Made by a program: the position numbers and the translations under genes. A stretch of 64,000 bases of DNA from Thermodesulfovibrionia bacterium (lineage in GTDB: Bacteria > Nitrospirota > Thermodesulfovibrionia > Thermodesulfovibrionales > SM23-35): assembly GCA_041500225.1 (NCBI GenBank), contig JBGQLV010000007.1, positions 2,015 through 66,014 of the forward strand, given 5' to 3'. Below, piece by piece: positions 36,082-46,332 of this stretch (position 1 is the first letter of the stretch; the number at the start of each line of letters is the position of its first letter). Under the pieces are notes generated by a model. The model had not been told where the DNA came from. It made no database searches and worked only from the letters and a program-made list of their open reading frames with translations.

Positions 36082-36828
36082 ATGCGAAAGCCATTTATAG
36101 CTGCAAACTGGAAAATGAATAAGACTATATCTGAGACACTGGAGTTTATATATAATTTTATTCCTGAAGTAAAAGATACGTCAGATGTTGATATTGTCTT
36201 AGCGCCGCCTTTTACTTCCTTGACAGCAGCAGCAGAAAAACTTGAGGGTACCAATGTCACGCTTGCTGCACAGGATGTTTTCTATGAAGAAAAAGGTGCA
36301 TATACAGGTGAAGTCTCTCCTTTAATGCTTATTGATATTGGCTGTAAATATGTTATTGTCGGCCATTCTGAAAGAAGACAGTATTTTAATGAGACTGACG
36401 GGATTGTAAATAAAAAAATCAAAGCTGCAAAAAAAGCCGGCCTCGGTATTATTTTCTGCATGGGAGAATCTCTCAAAGAAAGAGAGGCAGGAAAAACATT
36501 TGATGTCTTACAGAGGGAGATTGAGGAAGGGCTTAACGGGATTGGTCCAGAGGATATAGTGGTAGCCTACGAGCCTATATGGGCTATAGGCACAGGAAAA
36601 ACAGCAACATCTGAACAGGCGCAGGAGGCCCATGCCTATATTAGAAAGAGGCTTAATATTTTATATGGCAATAAAGCCGATGATTTTTGTATAATATATG
36701 GCGGTAGTGTTACGCCTGAGAATGTAGATTCCCTGATGGCTTGTAAGGATGTAGATGGTGCGCTTGTTGGCGGTGCAAGCCTGAAGGTTGATAGCTTAAT
36801 AAGAATAGTTAAATTCAGGAAGGAATGA
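36082..36828 (+). CDS. tpiA: Triosephosphate isomerase
   Basis: ANWKM, GHSERR, AYEPIWAIGTG, LVGGASL. Confidence 0.98.
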   Translation: MRKPFIAANWKMNKTISETLEFIYNFIPEVKDTSDVDIVLAPPFTSLTAAAEKLEGTNVTLAAQDVFYEEKGAYTGEVSPLMLIDIGCKYVIVGHSERRQYFNETDGIVNKKIKAAKKAGLGIIFCMGESLKEREAGKTFDVLQREIEEGLNGIGPEDIVVAYEPIWAIGTGKTATSEQAQEAHAYIRKRLNILYGNKADDFCIIYGGSVTPENVDSLMACKDVDGALVGGASLKVDSLIRIVKFRKE

Positions 36829-37229
36829 TGACAACACTTTTAATTATTATTCATGTTATTGTCTCTTTGTTCCTTATCGCTGTAGTCCTTCTTCAAAGCG
36901 GTAAGGGAGCTGAACTCGGTGCAGCCTTTGGCGGAGGGTCGAGTCACACGCTTTTCGGGAGCCGCGGTGCTGCAACATTCCTAAACAAAATGACAACAGT
37001 TGCCGCAGTTGTTTTTATGATTACATCCCTTACATTAGCGGTCGTTACTTCCAAAGGCGGGTCTGTTGTTAAAAAGACACCTGTAACAGAAGGAACGAAG
37101 TCAATCCCAGCGCCGTCTGGTCCAATTCAGGGTGGTGGTGTACAGCCTTCAGCCAAGCCGGCTCAGCAGCAAGTCCCACAAACACAGCAGCAGAAAATAC
37201 CACAACCGCAACAAACTCCTACAAAGTAA
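36825..37229 (+). CDS. secG: Preprotein translocase subunit SecG
   Basis: LLQSGKGAELGAAFGG, FL.K.T; follows tpiA. Confidence 0.95.
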   Translation: MMTTLLIIIHVIVSLFLIAVVLLQSGKGAELGAAFGGGSSHTLFGSRGAATFLNKMTTVAAVVFMITSLTLAVVTSKGGSVVKKTPVTEGTKSIPAPSGPIQGGGVQPSAKPAQQQVPQTQQQKIPQPQQTPTK

Positions 37230-37238
37230 TCATCTGTT

Positions 37239-37343
37239 GTCATTCCTGCGGAGGCAGGAATCCAGAAAGAACAAAGAAACCTGGATTCCGCATCTCGATG
37301 CGAGTCTTCGCTGAGAGTCGCTCCGACAAGTGCGGAATGACAA
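37239..37343. repeat. REP-like doublet with nested palindrome (copy 1)
   Basis: 63 bp (37281-37343) identical to 46219-46281. Confidence 0.85.
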
Positions 37344-37402
37344 ACTTATTCCTGGGCTGTCTATGTTCAGGATGACAGAGAGAAGACTTTTGCAAAAGAC
37401 TC

Positions 37403-38185
37403 TTATGGATATTTAAGTTGAAGCCTCTGTACTGCGGTAGACTTTCCTGTTTTTTCATCAATTTCAATAACAATGGCAGAAAAAATGCCTTCACCCTTTG
37501 CTGTTTCAAATCGCATGGGAATATTTGTTAAAAATCGCTGTATAATCTGTTCTATTTCGATACCTATAACAGAGTTGTACGGACCAGTCATTCCCACATC
37601 TGTTATGTAGGCTGTCCCGCCCGGCAATATCTTTTCGTCGGCAGTCTGGACATGTGTATGAGTTCCAATAACAGCACTCACCTTACCATCCACAAAATAT
37701 CCGAATGCGATTTTCTCTGAGGTTGCCTCTGCATGAAAATCAACGATAATCATCTTGGTTGAACTGCTCAGCTTTTCTACCTCTTCTTTGCCTGTTCTGA
37801 AGGGGCAGTCAATATTTGACATGAAGACACGTCCGGATATATTAATTACTGCTACCTTTTCGCCGTTGGGGAGAGAATAAAGTATACTTCCATATCCAGG
37901 CACTCCTGGAGGATAGTTTATTGGTCTGAGAACCCTGTCTTCTTTTGAGATTTGTGTAATAAACTCCTTCTTATCCCATACATGATTCCCAGTAGTAATT
38001 ATATGGACTCCAAGGCTTAAAATCTCAGAGACTATATTTTCTGTTAGACCAAACCCTCCTGCTGCATTTTCACCGTTTGCAATTACAAGATCTATCTTGT
38101 ATCTGTTGACAATAGTCGGAAGCAACGCCTTTGTTGCGACTCTGCCTACTTTACCTACTATGTCACCGATAAAAAGAACCTTCAT
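37403..38185 (-). CDS. ymdB: YmdB/TIGR00282 metallophosphoesterase
   Basis: GDIVG, NGEN, GNH, DFHAEATSEK, GTHTHVQTAD. Confidence 0.95.
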   Translation of the reverse strand: MKVLFIGDIVGKVGRVATKALLPTIVNRYKIDLVIANGENAAGGFGLTENIVSEILSLGVHIITTGNHVWDKKEFITQISKEDRVLRPINYPPGVPGYGSILYSLPNGEKVAVINISGRVFMSNIDCPFRTGKEEVEKLSSSTKMIIVDFHAEATSEKIAFGYFVDGKVSAVIGTHTHVQTADEKILPGGTAYITDVGMTGPYNSVIGIEIEQIIQRFLTNIPMRFETAKGEGIFSAIVIEIDEKTGKSTAVQRLQLKYP

Positions 38186-38191
38186 CTTACT

Positions 38192-39754
38192 TTATTTAGC
38201 ATATTCCACATATCTTGATTCTCTTATAACGGTAACCTTTATCTGGCCTGGATATGTCATCTCTGCCTCTATTTTTTTGGCAAGCTCCCTTGACATCATA
38301 GATGACATGTCATCACTCACATCATCTGGCTTTACTATTATTCTTATTTCTCTTCCAGCCTGGATTGCATAACATTTATCAACACCTTTATATGAGAGGG
38401 CCAACTGCTCAAGTTTCTCAAGGCGTTTAAGATAGTTCTCTATGCTCTCCCTTCTGACGCCTGGACGCGCAGCTGACAGGGCATCAGCAGCAGCTATAAG
38501 GGCAGCCTCAACAGTTGCAGGATCTCCTTCTCCGTGATGTACTAATATAGCATTTATTACCTTCTGATTCTCTCCGTACTTCTTAGCGATGTTTGCACCA
38601 ATCTCCTGGTGTGACCCTTCTACTTCATGATCTACTGCCTTTCCAATATCATGTAAGATGCCTGCCCTCTTTGCAAGTTTAATATCCACTCTGAGTTCAC
38701 CGGCCATCATACCTGAGAGGTATGCTACTTCCCTCGAATGCTGAAGTACGTTTTGGCCATATGATGTCCTGTATTTCAGCCTTCCAAGAAGCTTTATCAG
38801 TTCCGGATGTATACCTGAAAGCCCGAAGTCAAAAACAGCCTTTTCGCCTTCTTCCCTGATAAGTGTCTCAACATCTTTTTTAACCTTTTCGACTATCTCC
38901 TCGATTCTCGTAGGATGGATCCTTCCGTCTGTTATCAGCCGTTCAAGTGAAAGTCTTGCAATTTCACGCCTGACAGGGTCGAAGGCAGAGAGCGTTACCA
39001 TTTCCGGCGTATCGTCTACAATCAGGTCAACACCTGTTGCAGCCTCAAGTGCTCTTATATTTCTACCCTCCCTGCCGATTATTCTTCCCTTCATCTCGTC
39101 ATTCGGGAGGGTCACAGCACTTACGGTTGCATCTGCAACATAGTCACTTGAGTATCTCTGTATAGAAAAACCTATTATTTCTTTTGCCTTTTTCTCTGCA
39201 CTTTCTCTTACCTCGTCTTCTATTTTTTTAGCGAGTTTTGCAGCCTCAAACCTCGATTCTTCTTCTATTTTTCTTAAAAGTTCCTGTTTTGCCTCTTCTG
39301 AACTTAATCCTGATATCTTTTCAAGAAGTTGTGTATGGTCTTTTATCAACTTGTTGTAATGGGCTTCCTTATCCTGAATAATGCGTTCCTTTGAGGTAAA
39401 GTCTTTTTCTCTTTTAGTTAATTCCTGTTCTCTTTTTTCGTTCTGCTCTAGCTTTCTTTCAATGTTTTCTTCTTTCTGCCTTAGCCTTCTATCGAGGTGG
39501 TTTAGTTCGGTACGTCTTTCCCTTATCTCCTTCTCAGCCTCTGCTTTGGCTTGATAAACAACATCTTTAGCCTCTATAAGTGCCTCTTTCTTTATCCTCT
39601 CTACCTCTCTCTGCGCCTCCTCAATTATCTTTGTTTTTTCTTTTTCTATAGCAATTTTCTTGCTTCTGAGATTTGCCCTGGAGATAAGAGTCAAGACTAA
39701 CCCTGCGGCAAGCCCTGCAAATATGGCTATTATTAAATACGCTGACTGATTCAT
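38192..39754 (-). CDS. rny: Ribonuclease Y
   Basis: N-terminal TM, coiled coil, KH ([12 protein letters not shown]), HD (LHDIGK). Confidence 0.97.
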   Translation of the reverse strand: MNQSAYLIIAIFAGLAAGLVLTLISRANLRSKKIAIEKEKTKIIEEAQREVERIKKEALIEAKDVVYQAKAEAEKEIRERRTELNHLDRRLRQKEENIERKLEQNEKREQELTKREKDFTSKERIIQDKEAHYNKLIKDHTQLLEKISGLSSEEAKQELLRKIEEESRFEAAKLAKKIEDEVRESAEKKAKEIIGFSIQRYSSDYVADATVSAVTLPNDEMKGRIIGREGRNIRALEAATGVDLIVDDTPEMVTLSAFDPVRREIARLSLERLITDGRIHPTRIEEIVEKVKKDVETLIREEGEKAVFDFGLSGIHPELIKLLGRLKYRTSYGQNVLQHSREVAYLSGMMAGELRVDIKLAKRAGILHDIGKAVDHEVEGSHQEIGANIAKKYGENQKVINAILVHHGEGDPATVEAALIAAADALSAARPGVRRESIENYLKRLEKLEQLALSYKGVDKCYAIQAGREIRIIVKPDDVSDDMSSMMSRELAKKIEAEMTYPGQIKVTVIRESRYVEYAK

Positions 39755-40005
39755 TTTATGATAAACCCCCTTTCTCTATTTTCCCTAAGTTAAATAAAGG
39801 GATTCCTTTGTGAAGCATAAAAAGCTTCTTTCTTGGAATTTTGTTTAAAGTGGCTGGGTTATGACTTCAATGAGACTTTTGGAGGTGAGAAATATTTAAT
39901 TGTGAAGATAATTTTCCCTATACGCTCTATCATATAATTATTTATAATCCTCCGTGAAGCTAAAAAAGTCATAATAACCAACCGCATAATATTTAATTAG
40001 AATAA

Positions 40006-40183
40006 ACCCACCCTGCCGTGTAAGGGAGATTAGATCCGCCTATAAAATAGGTGGGTGCCTTGAAGGAGACTTTAGGCTTTCCCGCAATTTGCATGCGGGA
40101 CATGCACACCGACTCCTTACTCAGGCTCCCAAAAGATCTAATTTGCCGGATCAACTTTTCCTCTTATCACCAACAGGGTAGGC
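40006..40183 (-). ncRNA. ssrS: 6S RNA
   Basis: Long self-complementary rod (cctaccctg...cagggtggg) with gggagc, cggtgtgcatgtcccg...cgggaaagcctaaa and gcacccacct motifs; upstream of rny as is usual. Confidence 0.85.
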
Positions 40184-40488
40184 AGTTAAACTAAATTTTC
40201 AGCTATGTCCTCCTGTGGGTGTCTTTATTCATTTTTAGAATAAAATAAAATTGTACCTTTTAGCAAGAGAAAATTTCTTTGGATAAGGGACGCTTAGAAA
40301 GGACTCTTAATTTTATTTGTATTTATCCCCGGAAAAACGATTGGTTTACAAGTATCACAGGATATTTTACTTTGGAATATTTTGGTGAGATCAAAATAGA
40401 ATTTCATCGCCTTATATTTTTATATTTTATAATTAATTCAGATTGTTATATGTAAAACTTAAAGAATATCTTAAGGAAAATTATTATT

Positions 40489-41127
40489 CTAAGGGCTATT
40501 TTTTGGTATAACGTACGTGCAGGAAGAATTTCCTTCGGCCATGCATTGCTGGCGCTTTACATCCTTTCCAAGAAGGTCCTTATAAATCTGTAGTTCATAT
40601 CTGCATGCCTCTTTAAACTCCGACGCAATCTTATAAATGGGGCAATTGGATTGTTTTAGACTATAATTATTGTCAGTCTCATCAAGGTCAACTAAATATC
40701 CCTCTGATTCAAGGATATCCTTGAGCCCGTAGACCTTTTCTTGAAGGCCTTTCTTATCTGAGAGGGCTTCTTTAGTGTCTTTAAGGAGTCTGTTTTTACG
40801 CCACTTGAATATATCATCTATTTTATCTCGGCCCTCATTTTTTTCAATGTCTTTAAACATATTTATGATAAATTTGTGATATGCCTTAGGGAAGATATCG
40901 TCAGCCTTCTCGGTAAGCTTATAAAGGAAAGCCGGTCTGCCAATACCCTGTTTTTTTGTAGCATAATCTATAAGGCCTCTTCTTTCAAGTGATAGAAGGT
41001 GTTGCCTTATCCCCATCGAGGTTATATCCAACTCTCTGCTCAGGTCATCAATGGGCATGGGACCTTTCTTTTTGAGAAGCATTATTATTTTTTCCCGTGT
41101 GGGGTTTTCATTAAGGACAGACCACAT
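40489..41127 (-). CDS. Winged-HTH regulator of SufR/ArsR-DeoR type with C-terminal Cys
   Basis: IRQHLLSLE..GLI...GRP..LY.LT; NCP...C..E...C......C. Confidence 0.82.
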   Translation of the reverse strand: MWSVLNENPTREKIIMLLKKKGPMPIDDLSRELDITSMGIRQHLLSLERRGLIDYATKKQGIGRPAFLYKLTEKADDIFPKAYHKFIINMFKDIEKNEGRDKIDDIFKWRKNRLLKDTKEALSDKKGLQEKVYGLKDILESEGYLVDLDETDNNYSLKQSNCPIYKIASEFKEACRYELQIYKDLLGKDVKRQQCMAEGNSSCTYVIPKNSP

Positions 41128-41219
41128 ATTGAAAAAATATAGCATAAATAGAAGTTTTTGTAAATAATTTTTTATAAAAAGTATCATTTTTGAAGGTTTG
41201 GGTATAGCATAATATATTT

Positions 41220-42140
41220 ATGAATTTAGATACGGTGCTATATAAAGGAAGCGATGATAAACCCGCTGTTATATTTATACACGGCCTTGGCATGGATAAG
41301 GATATATGGATAAATCCTTCCAATTCCCGGATTCTCGGTGGAATGTTCCCTTTAAAAATCCTCCTGAGTGAAAGGATTTCAGGAGATCAAACAGAAGGTA
41401 TCCAAACACTCTTTGATGACCTTAGATTCCGGGATTACAGCGTGATTACATGGAGTCAGAGAAGGCCTGCAGGGCCTATCGATTCTGTGGTCATAGAATT
41501 AGCTGAAATGGTAAAGATCGCTCGTCAGATGACGAAAGCTGGGGTTATCCTTATCGGCCACAGCAGGGGAGGGCTTGCCGGAAGGAAATATCTCTTAAGG
41601 GAAGATATGTCCATTAGAGGTCTCATAACAATCTCTACTCCTCATAAAGGGAGCAATGTAGCTAAAATTGCCAAGTATTTCACTCCGCTTGTATCTATGC
41701 TCAATCCTTTTATTCCTGTTGGAGAAAAAGGCGCATTGTCCTTTGCAATGAAGAGGATTTTTGAATTTCTTAAAAGCAGGGCGCTTAAAGAGCTCCTGCC
41801 GGAGTCAAGATTTATTAAGTCCTTAAAAGACGGGCCGCTTGAATGGGTATGTTATACCTCAGTAGGAGGCACAAACCCGACACTTTTCAGAATTTTTAAT
41901 GTATCCTTCCCCGATGTTTTCGAGAAGATAATCCCTGAAAATCTTTATCCCGAAGATATAAAGAAAGGTAAAGGAGATGGGCTGGTATCTGCAGAGAGTT
42001 CAAATATCCCCTGGTGTAACGAGCACTACAATTTTGAGCTTAACCATGCAGAGATATTGTTTGATGAAGGGGTAAGAGGTATGCTGCTAAAAGCAATAGA
42101 TAGGGTATGTTCTTTTAGCGAGATGAGCTATAGTCCATAA
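41220..42140 (+). CDS. Alpha/beta hydrolase (lipase/esterase-like)
   Basis: IHGLG, GHSRG nucleophile elbow, STPHKG, GDGLV, NH. Confidence 0.85.
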   Translation: MNLDTVLYKGSDDKPAVIFIHGLGMDKDIWINPSNSRILGGMFPLKILLSERISGDQTEGIQTLFDDLRFRDYSVITWSQRRPAGPIDSVVIELAEMVKIARQMTKAGVILIGHSRGGLAGRKYLLREDMSIRGLITISTPHKGSNVAKIAKYFTPLVSMLNPFIPVGEKGALSFAMKRIFEFLKSRALKELLPESRFIKSLKDGPLEWVCYTSVGGTNPTLFRIFNVSFPDVFEKIIPENLYPEDIKKGKGDGLVSAESSNIPWCNEHYNFELNHAEILFDEGVRGMLLKAIDRVCSFSEMSYSP

Positions 42141-42963
42141 TTTTGAAGGTTATCGGTATTATTATTTCATCATTGACCTCTGGGAATGGAGCAGCTTTCA
42201 TTACTATTTTAATAGCTGCTGAATCGAGGATTTCATAGCCCGAACTTTTTTCGACCTTGATATACTGGGGGTATCCTTTGCTGTTAATAGTAAAGCCTGT
42301 TATTACTGTCCCTTCGATCCTCTTTTTCCTTGCAAGAGAAGGATAAGTCTTTACCTTCTCAATAGAAGCCCTGATAAGATCATAAGGATTATTTGTATTA
42401 CCTTTGTAAGAACTCTTTATCGTTGAAAAACCTGTGTTCTGGCTGGAAGTGATTTCTCCTGATCTGTCTATATGCGGACTTACTGCAACTCTGCTGATGT
42501 CATTTTTCAGTCCCATCTCGGTTATAGTCTCACCAACAGATGTGCTTTTATTATCATTGTTAAACAAGCCCGAAGAAATCTCTTCTTTGTACACCCTCTC
42601 ACTAACCTTTCCATCGGTGCGAGTCGATTCTCGATGCGAGTCTCGGAATCGAGTCGTACCGACTTCGCTGAGAGTCGCTACGACCGACCCTTGAGAGGGA
42701 GGGGCGGGTAGGGGGGATTGATTTGTCGCTTCCCTCTTTACAATGATACTTGATATTTTATCTTCATTTTTCTTTGTACTTTGAGAGGCCATTGAAGTGA
42801 TGCCTGCCATTTCTTTGAATAAAGAGACTATCATATAGTCTGCAGGAACAAGGTCTACCCTGTCCCTGCCAATAACTGAAAAAACGGCAGTAATGATTGT
42901 TATATGAAAGATAAGTGAAAATAGTATATTTCGTCTGAGTTCCATACTTGTATTAGGTATCAA
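42115..42963 (-). CDS. tonB: TonB family energy transducer
   Basis: N-terminal SxxxH TM; C-terminal YPSLAR...EG.V...SSG..ILD.AA. Confidence 0.88.
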   Translation of the reverse strand: MIPNTSMELRRNILFSLIFHITIITAVFSVIGRDRVDLVPADYMIVSLFKEMAGITSMASQSTKKNEDKISSIIVKREATNQSPLPAPPSQGSVVATLSEVGTTRFRDSHRESTRTDGKVSERVYKEEISSGLFNNDNKSTSVGETITEMGLKNDISRVAVSPHIDRSGEITSSQNTGFSTIKSSYKGNTNNPYDLIRASIEKVKTYPSLARKKRIEGTVITGFTINSKGYPQYIKVEKSSGYEILDSAAIKIVMKAAPFPEVNDEIIIPITFKIMDYSSSR

Positions 42964-42986
42964 TCTATTATTATCAGGCCACGTAT

Positions 42987-45008
42987 TCAGAAATCAATTG
43001 TAACTCCAGCCAGGAAGTTTATCCTTGGCGAAGGATAGAATGCCTTTTCAATGGGAAATCCACCTATAACGCCAAATTCCTGGTACTTGGTATTCGTTAG
43101 ATTATTTATATTTAAAAAGGCATTTAAATATTTCCAATGATAGTTTATTTTACTGTTGAGAACCAGGTAACTTCCCTGGTCACCAAAATCATTAGAGAAA
43201 TCACTGATAAAAGGACGTTCTCCGATATAAACGCCATTAAGGGCAAAGGTAAATCCCCTTCCTAAAAAAGTTACTACATCCACAGACGCTTTATGTTTAG
43301 GAACATTTGGTACTTCCTTTCCTTTGAATGTACCTTCTTTTATCTCTGCGTCCAGATAGGTATAGCCAGCCCTCAACGTTAGCCACTCGATAGGTTTCAC
43401 AAAAAAGGAAATCTCGATGCCATCACGGCGCGTCTTTCCGTCCATGTTTTCATTGGTATAGGTTATCGGATTGAAAAAGATTTCTTTATCAGTATCGATT
43501 CTAAAGAAATTGAGATGAGCATATATATCGTCGGTAAAATAATGTCTTATCCCAACCTCATAATCATCTGTTGATTGGGGAACTAAATCTGTATTTACTG
43601 TGTTTGTAAAAAAACTATAAAGCTCATCAAGAAGGGGATATCTGAAGCTCCTTGAAAAACTTAAATAGATATAAGACTTCTTGTAAAAAGTGTAGTTTAT
43701 GCCGGCTGTGAATAAATCTTTGTGCATATCTATTTCTTCGTCAGGAGTACTCGGGTTAAAGGTAAATTCTACCCTATCATACCGATATCCTCCTGACAGG
43801 TACAACCTATCTAATATGTTGATTTCATCATGTAGGTAATAACCATAGTTTTTCTTCTGCAGATCGAACAGACCGATCGATGAAACACCGAAGAACAGTG
43901 ATCTATTGACAATATCATTATCAGCCTTCACATAATCTACTCCGAGCGTGAGAGTATTTTTTGCTACACCTATAGTATTATTGAGAAGTATCTGCGGAGA
44001 TACGATCACTGTTTTAATCTCGCTATCCCCTAAAAAATTCCCAAAGTCGCCGGAAGAAAAAGATAAGAATGCTCTTTTTCTAAAAGATGTGTCTATTTTA
44101 AAAATATTATCATCAAGAAAGGAGACTTCCGGAACAAATTTAAAATAATAATCTTCGACGTCCATATAGTCATCTGGATGTTTAGAGTCGGTTCTTGAAG
44201 CTCCTGCTGCAAAATCACTTTCTTTCAATGCTCCCGGAAGTCCTGTGTTATCCTTATGATATCCAGTGCTAAAATATAATTTTATGAAGTCTTTTGGGGT
44301 ATAACTTGCGTTTAACCCGACATCCTTCGCCTCAGTGTTACTATTATCTCTATATCCGTCAGAAGTCAAATAGTTCCCTGTCAAAGAAATCGAGAGACCA
44401 TTGGAACTGTCGTTTAGATATGCACTGCTCTTGAAGGTGCCATAGCTTCCTGCAGAAAGTTCTCCGCCGGCATTAAACGTATCTCCTTCTTTTGTAATAA
44501 TATTAATTACACCCCCGGTAGCATTATCGCCGTAAAGGATGCTTCCTCTTCCTCCCCGTATGATTTCAATTCTCTTCACTCGTTCGAGGGGGATTTCAGT
44601 CCAATCAACCCCGCTAAGATCAGGTTGGTTGATCCGTCTTCCATCTACTAATACCAACGTGTTTAAGGGAGCAGTTTCTCCAAAACCTCGTAAGTCAACG
44701 GTATAATTCCGACGATTTCCTGTTATATCATTAACCTGGATGCCAATCTCTGTTCTAAGAAGCTCAGGAATGTTTTGTGCGGAAGAATTTTTAATATCTT
44801 TTTCAGTTATAACGGTTATATTTGCAGGAACTTTAGATGGTTGTTCCTCATATCTTGTTGCGGTGACTACCACTTCTTCCAACTTTATTTCCTTCTCTGC
44901 AAATGATAAAGTGAAAAGTGAAAAGTAAAAAGTAAAAAGTGATAAAATACAAATGATGAGTTTCAAAAACCGATGACTGATGACTGATGACTGATAACTT
45001 GTTTTCAT
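42987..45008 (-). CDS. btuB: TonB-dependent receptor, probable cobalamin transporter
   Basis: EEVVVTATR TonB box, plug (LVLVDG, RIEIIRG..S.LYG..A.GGVINIIT), terminal F; downstream of a B12 riboswitch. Confidence 0.85.
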   Translation of the reverse strand: MKTSYQSSVISHRFLKLIICILSLFTFYFSLFTLSFAEKEIKLEEVVVTATRYEEQPSKVPANITVITEKDIKNSSAQNIPELLRTEIGIQVNDITGNRRNYTVDLRGFGETAPLNTLVLVDGRRINQPDLSGVDWTEIPLERVKRIEIIRGGRGSILYGDNATGGVINIITKEGDTFNAGGELSAGSYGTFKSSAYLNDSSNGLSISLTGNYLTSDGYRDNSNTEAKDVGLNASYTPKDFIKLYFSTGYHKDNTGLPGALKESDFAAGASRTDSKHPDDYMDVEDYYFKFVPEVSFLDDNIFKIDTSFRKRAFLSFSSGDFGNFLGDSEIKTVIVSPQILLNNTIGVAKNTLTLGVDYVKADNDIVNRSLFFGVSSIGLFDLQKKNYGYYLHDEINILDRLYLSGGYRYDRVEFTFNPSTPDEEIDMHKDLFTAGINYTFYKKSYIYLSFSRSFRYPLLDELYSFFTNTVNTDLVPQSTDDYEVGIRHYFTDDIYAHLNFFRIDTDKEIFFNPITYTNENMDGKTRRDGIEISFFVKPIEWLTLRAGYTYLDAEIKEGTFKGKEVPNVPKHKASVDVVTFLGRGFTFALNGVYIGERPFISDFSNDFGDQGSYLVLNSKINYHWKYLNAFLNINNLTNTKYQEFGVIGGFPIEKAFYPSPRINFLAGVTIDF

Positions 45009-45046
45009 ACTTTCCTCCCTCGGGAATATTTGTTTGTAGATCTAAT

Positions 45047-45193
45047 GGTCTGGAGAGGTCTTCCGGCTCAGGGCATCCTACTTACCCGCCTTCCCATCCC
45101 GATATATCGGGACAGTGGCTAATTCAGGTTTTCGTTCCCTTCACGGCTGCGGGGCAGCTGAGGATTTTCACCCCTCTTCCCTGACATCCAGCC
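45047..45193 (-). promoter_or_regulatory. Cobalamin riboswitch (btuB)
   Basis: AGGGAA..GGTGAAAATCC..CTGCCCCGCAGCCGTGA..GCCACTG..GGGAAGG..AGCCGGAAGACCT. Confidence 0.92.
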
Positions 45194-45261
45194 AGCATAA
45201 ATTTAAATCCTAAAAATCCAGAATCTTAAATCCTTTCTCACCTCCTTCTGATAATATGCCC

Positions 45262-45315
45262 TTACATAATTCTTTTTGTTTCGCTAAGTCTTATTAAATA
45301 GAGAGTCGCGACCAT
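45262..45315 (-). pseudogene. 5' remnant of cobC (alpha-ribazole phosphatase)
   Basis: Overlaps the cobS end; reads MVATLYLIRLSETKRIM*, like the histidine-phosphatase start LYLIRHGET. Confidence 0.6.
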
Positions 45316-46097
45316 GCTACTACCATCAATAAAAAGATTATTTCTGTGATCTCACTTATTGCACCGAGTGTGTCACCTGTGAGGCCGCTGAATTTTTTAT
45401 TAAAAAATCTCGTCGCCGAAAAACTTATGATGTAAAGTATAAATAATGAAAGCAGTAAAAATTGCAGATAACTTGATGAAAAGCGCATGAAGCTAAGGGC
45501 ACCAACCATGGAACAGACAACAGCTGCTGTAGCAAGCAAAAACTCTCTTGCACCCGTACTATCAATAAATATCTTTCCGAGTCCGTTCTGTCTTGCAGAT
45601 ATCCCATGAAATATCGCCGTATTCATTGCCCATTTTGAAAATACAGGCATCAAAAAAAGTAAGCCATAAGCAGTAAAAGGTGTGCTGGTAAGGAGAATCG
45701 AATTAATGAATAAGAATTTCAATAAAATTGAAATTACTATTGCAACTACTCCGATCGCTCCTGTAGAGCTGTCTTTCATCACCGAGAGTCTTTTTTCTTT
45801 ATATGTTGTTTCATTTCCGCTTGATTTTACAGACAGCGCATCGAATGTATCAGCAAGCCCATCAAGGTGAAAACCTCCATTACTGATTATCAAAATCAAA
45901 ATTATAAGTCCGCTTGTGATTTCTACAGGAAAAACTTTAATCAGTAATGTAAGGGACAATACAGCCAGTAGACCTTGAAACACTCCTACAACTGGGAAAA
46001 AAGCTGCTGATTGAGACATCTCTTTTTCAGAAATATCCCCTTTGACATTCAAAGGTATGATGGTTAGAAACTGAAATGCAAGCAATAGTTTTTTCAT
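45294..46097 (-). CDS. cobS: Cobalamin synthase
   Basis: FLTIIP, GGFHLDGLADTFD, MKDS..GA.G, GLTGDTLGA..E. Confidence 0.95.
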   Translation of the reverse strand: MKKLLLAFQFLTIIPLNVKGDISEKEMSQSAAFFPVVGVFQGLLAVLSLTLLIKVFPVEITSGLIILILIISNGGFHLDGLADTFDALSVKSSGNETTYKEKRLSVMKDSSTGAIGVVAIVISILLKFLFINSILLTSTPFTAYGLLFLMPVFSKWAMNTAIFHGISARQNGLGKIFIDSTGAREFLLATAAVVCSMVGALSFMRFSSSYLQFLLLSLFILYIISFSATRFFNKKFSGLTGDTLGAISEITEIIFLLMVVAWSRLSI

Positions 46098-46129
46098 AAA
46101 AATTTAGTAATTTTGCATTTTAAATTTTT

Positions 46130-46332
46130 AATCAAAGAATTTCTCGAAGCTCAGCTTCGGGGTAAAAATATATGTCCTGTCATTCCTGCGAAGGCAGAAA
46201 TCCAGAAAATATAAAACACTGGATTCCGCATCTCGATGCGAGTCTTCGCTGAGAGTCGCTCCGACAAGTGCGGAATGACAACAGATTTTTTCAGTTGTGA
46301 TACCTCGCAGCTTGCTGCGGGGTAGTTCATTT
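46130..46332. mobile_element. Non-autonomous palindrome-ended element (IS200/IS605-end-like MITE) with a REP doublet nested inside
   Basis: Ends tctcgaagctcagcttcggggta and tacctcgcagcttgctgcggggtagttcat; the inner 46179-46281 is a copy of the 37239 repeat. Confidence 0.6.

Noticed and set aside
37132-37509. ORFs between secG and ymdB
   Set aside because: Products of the palindromic repeat and alternative frames
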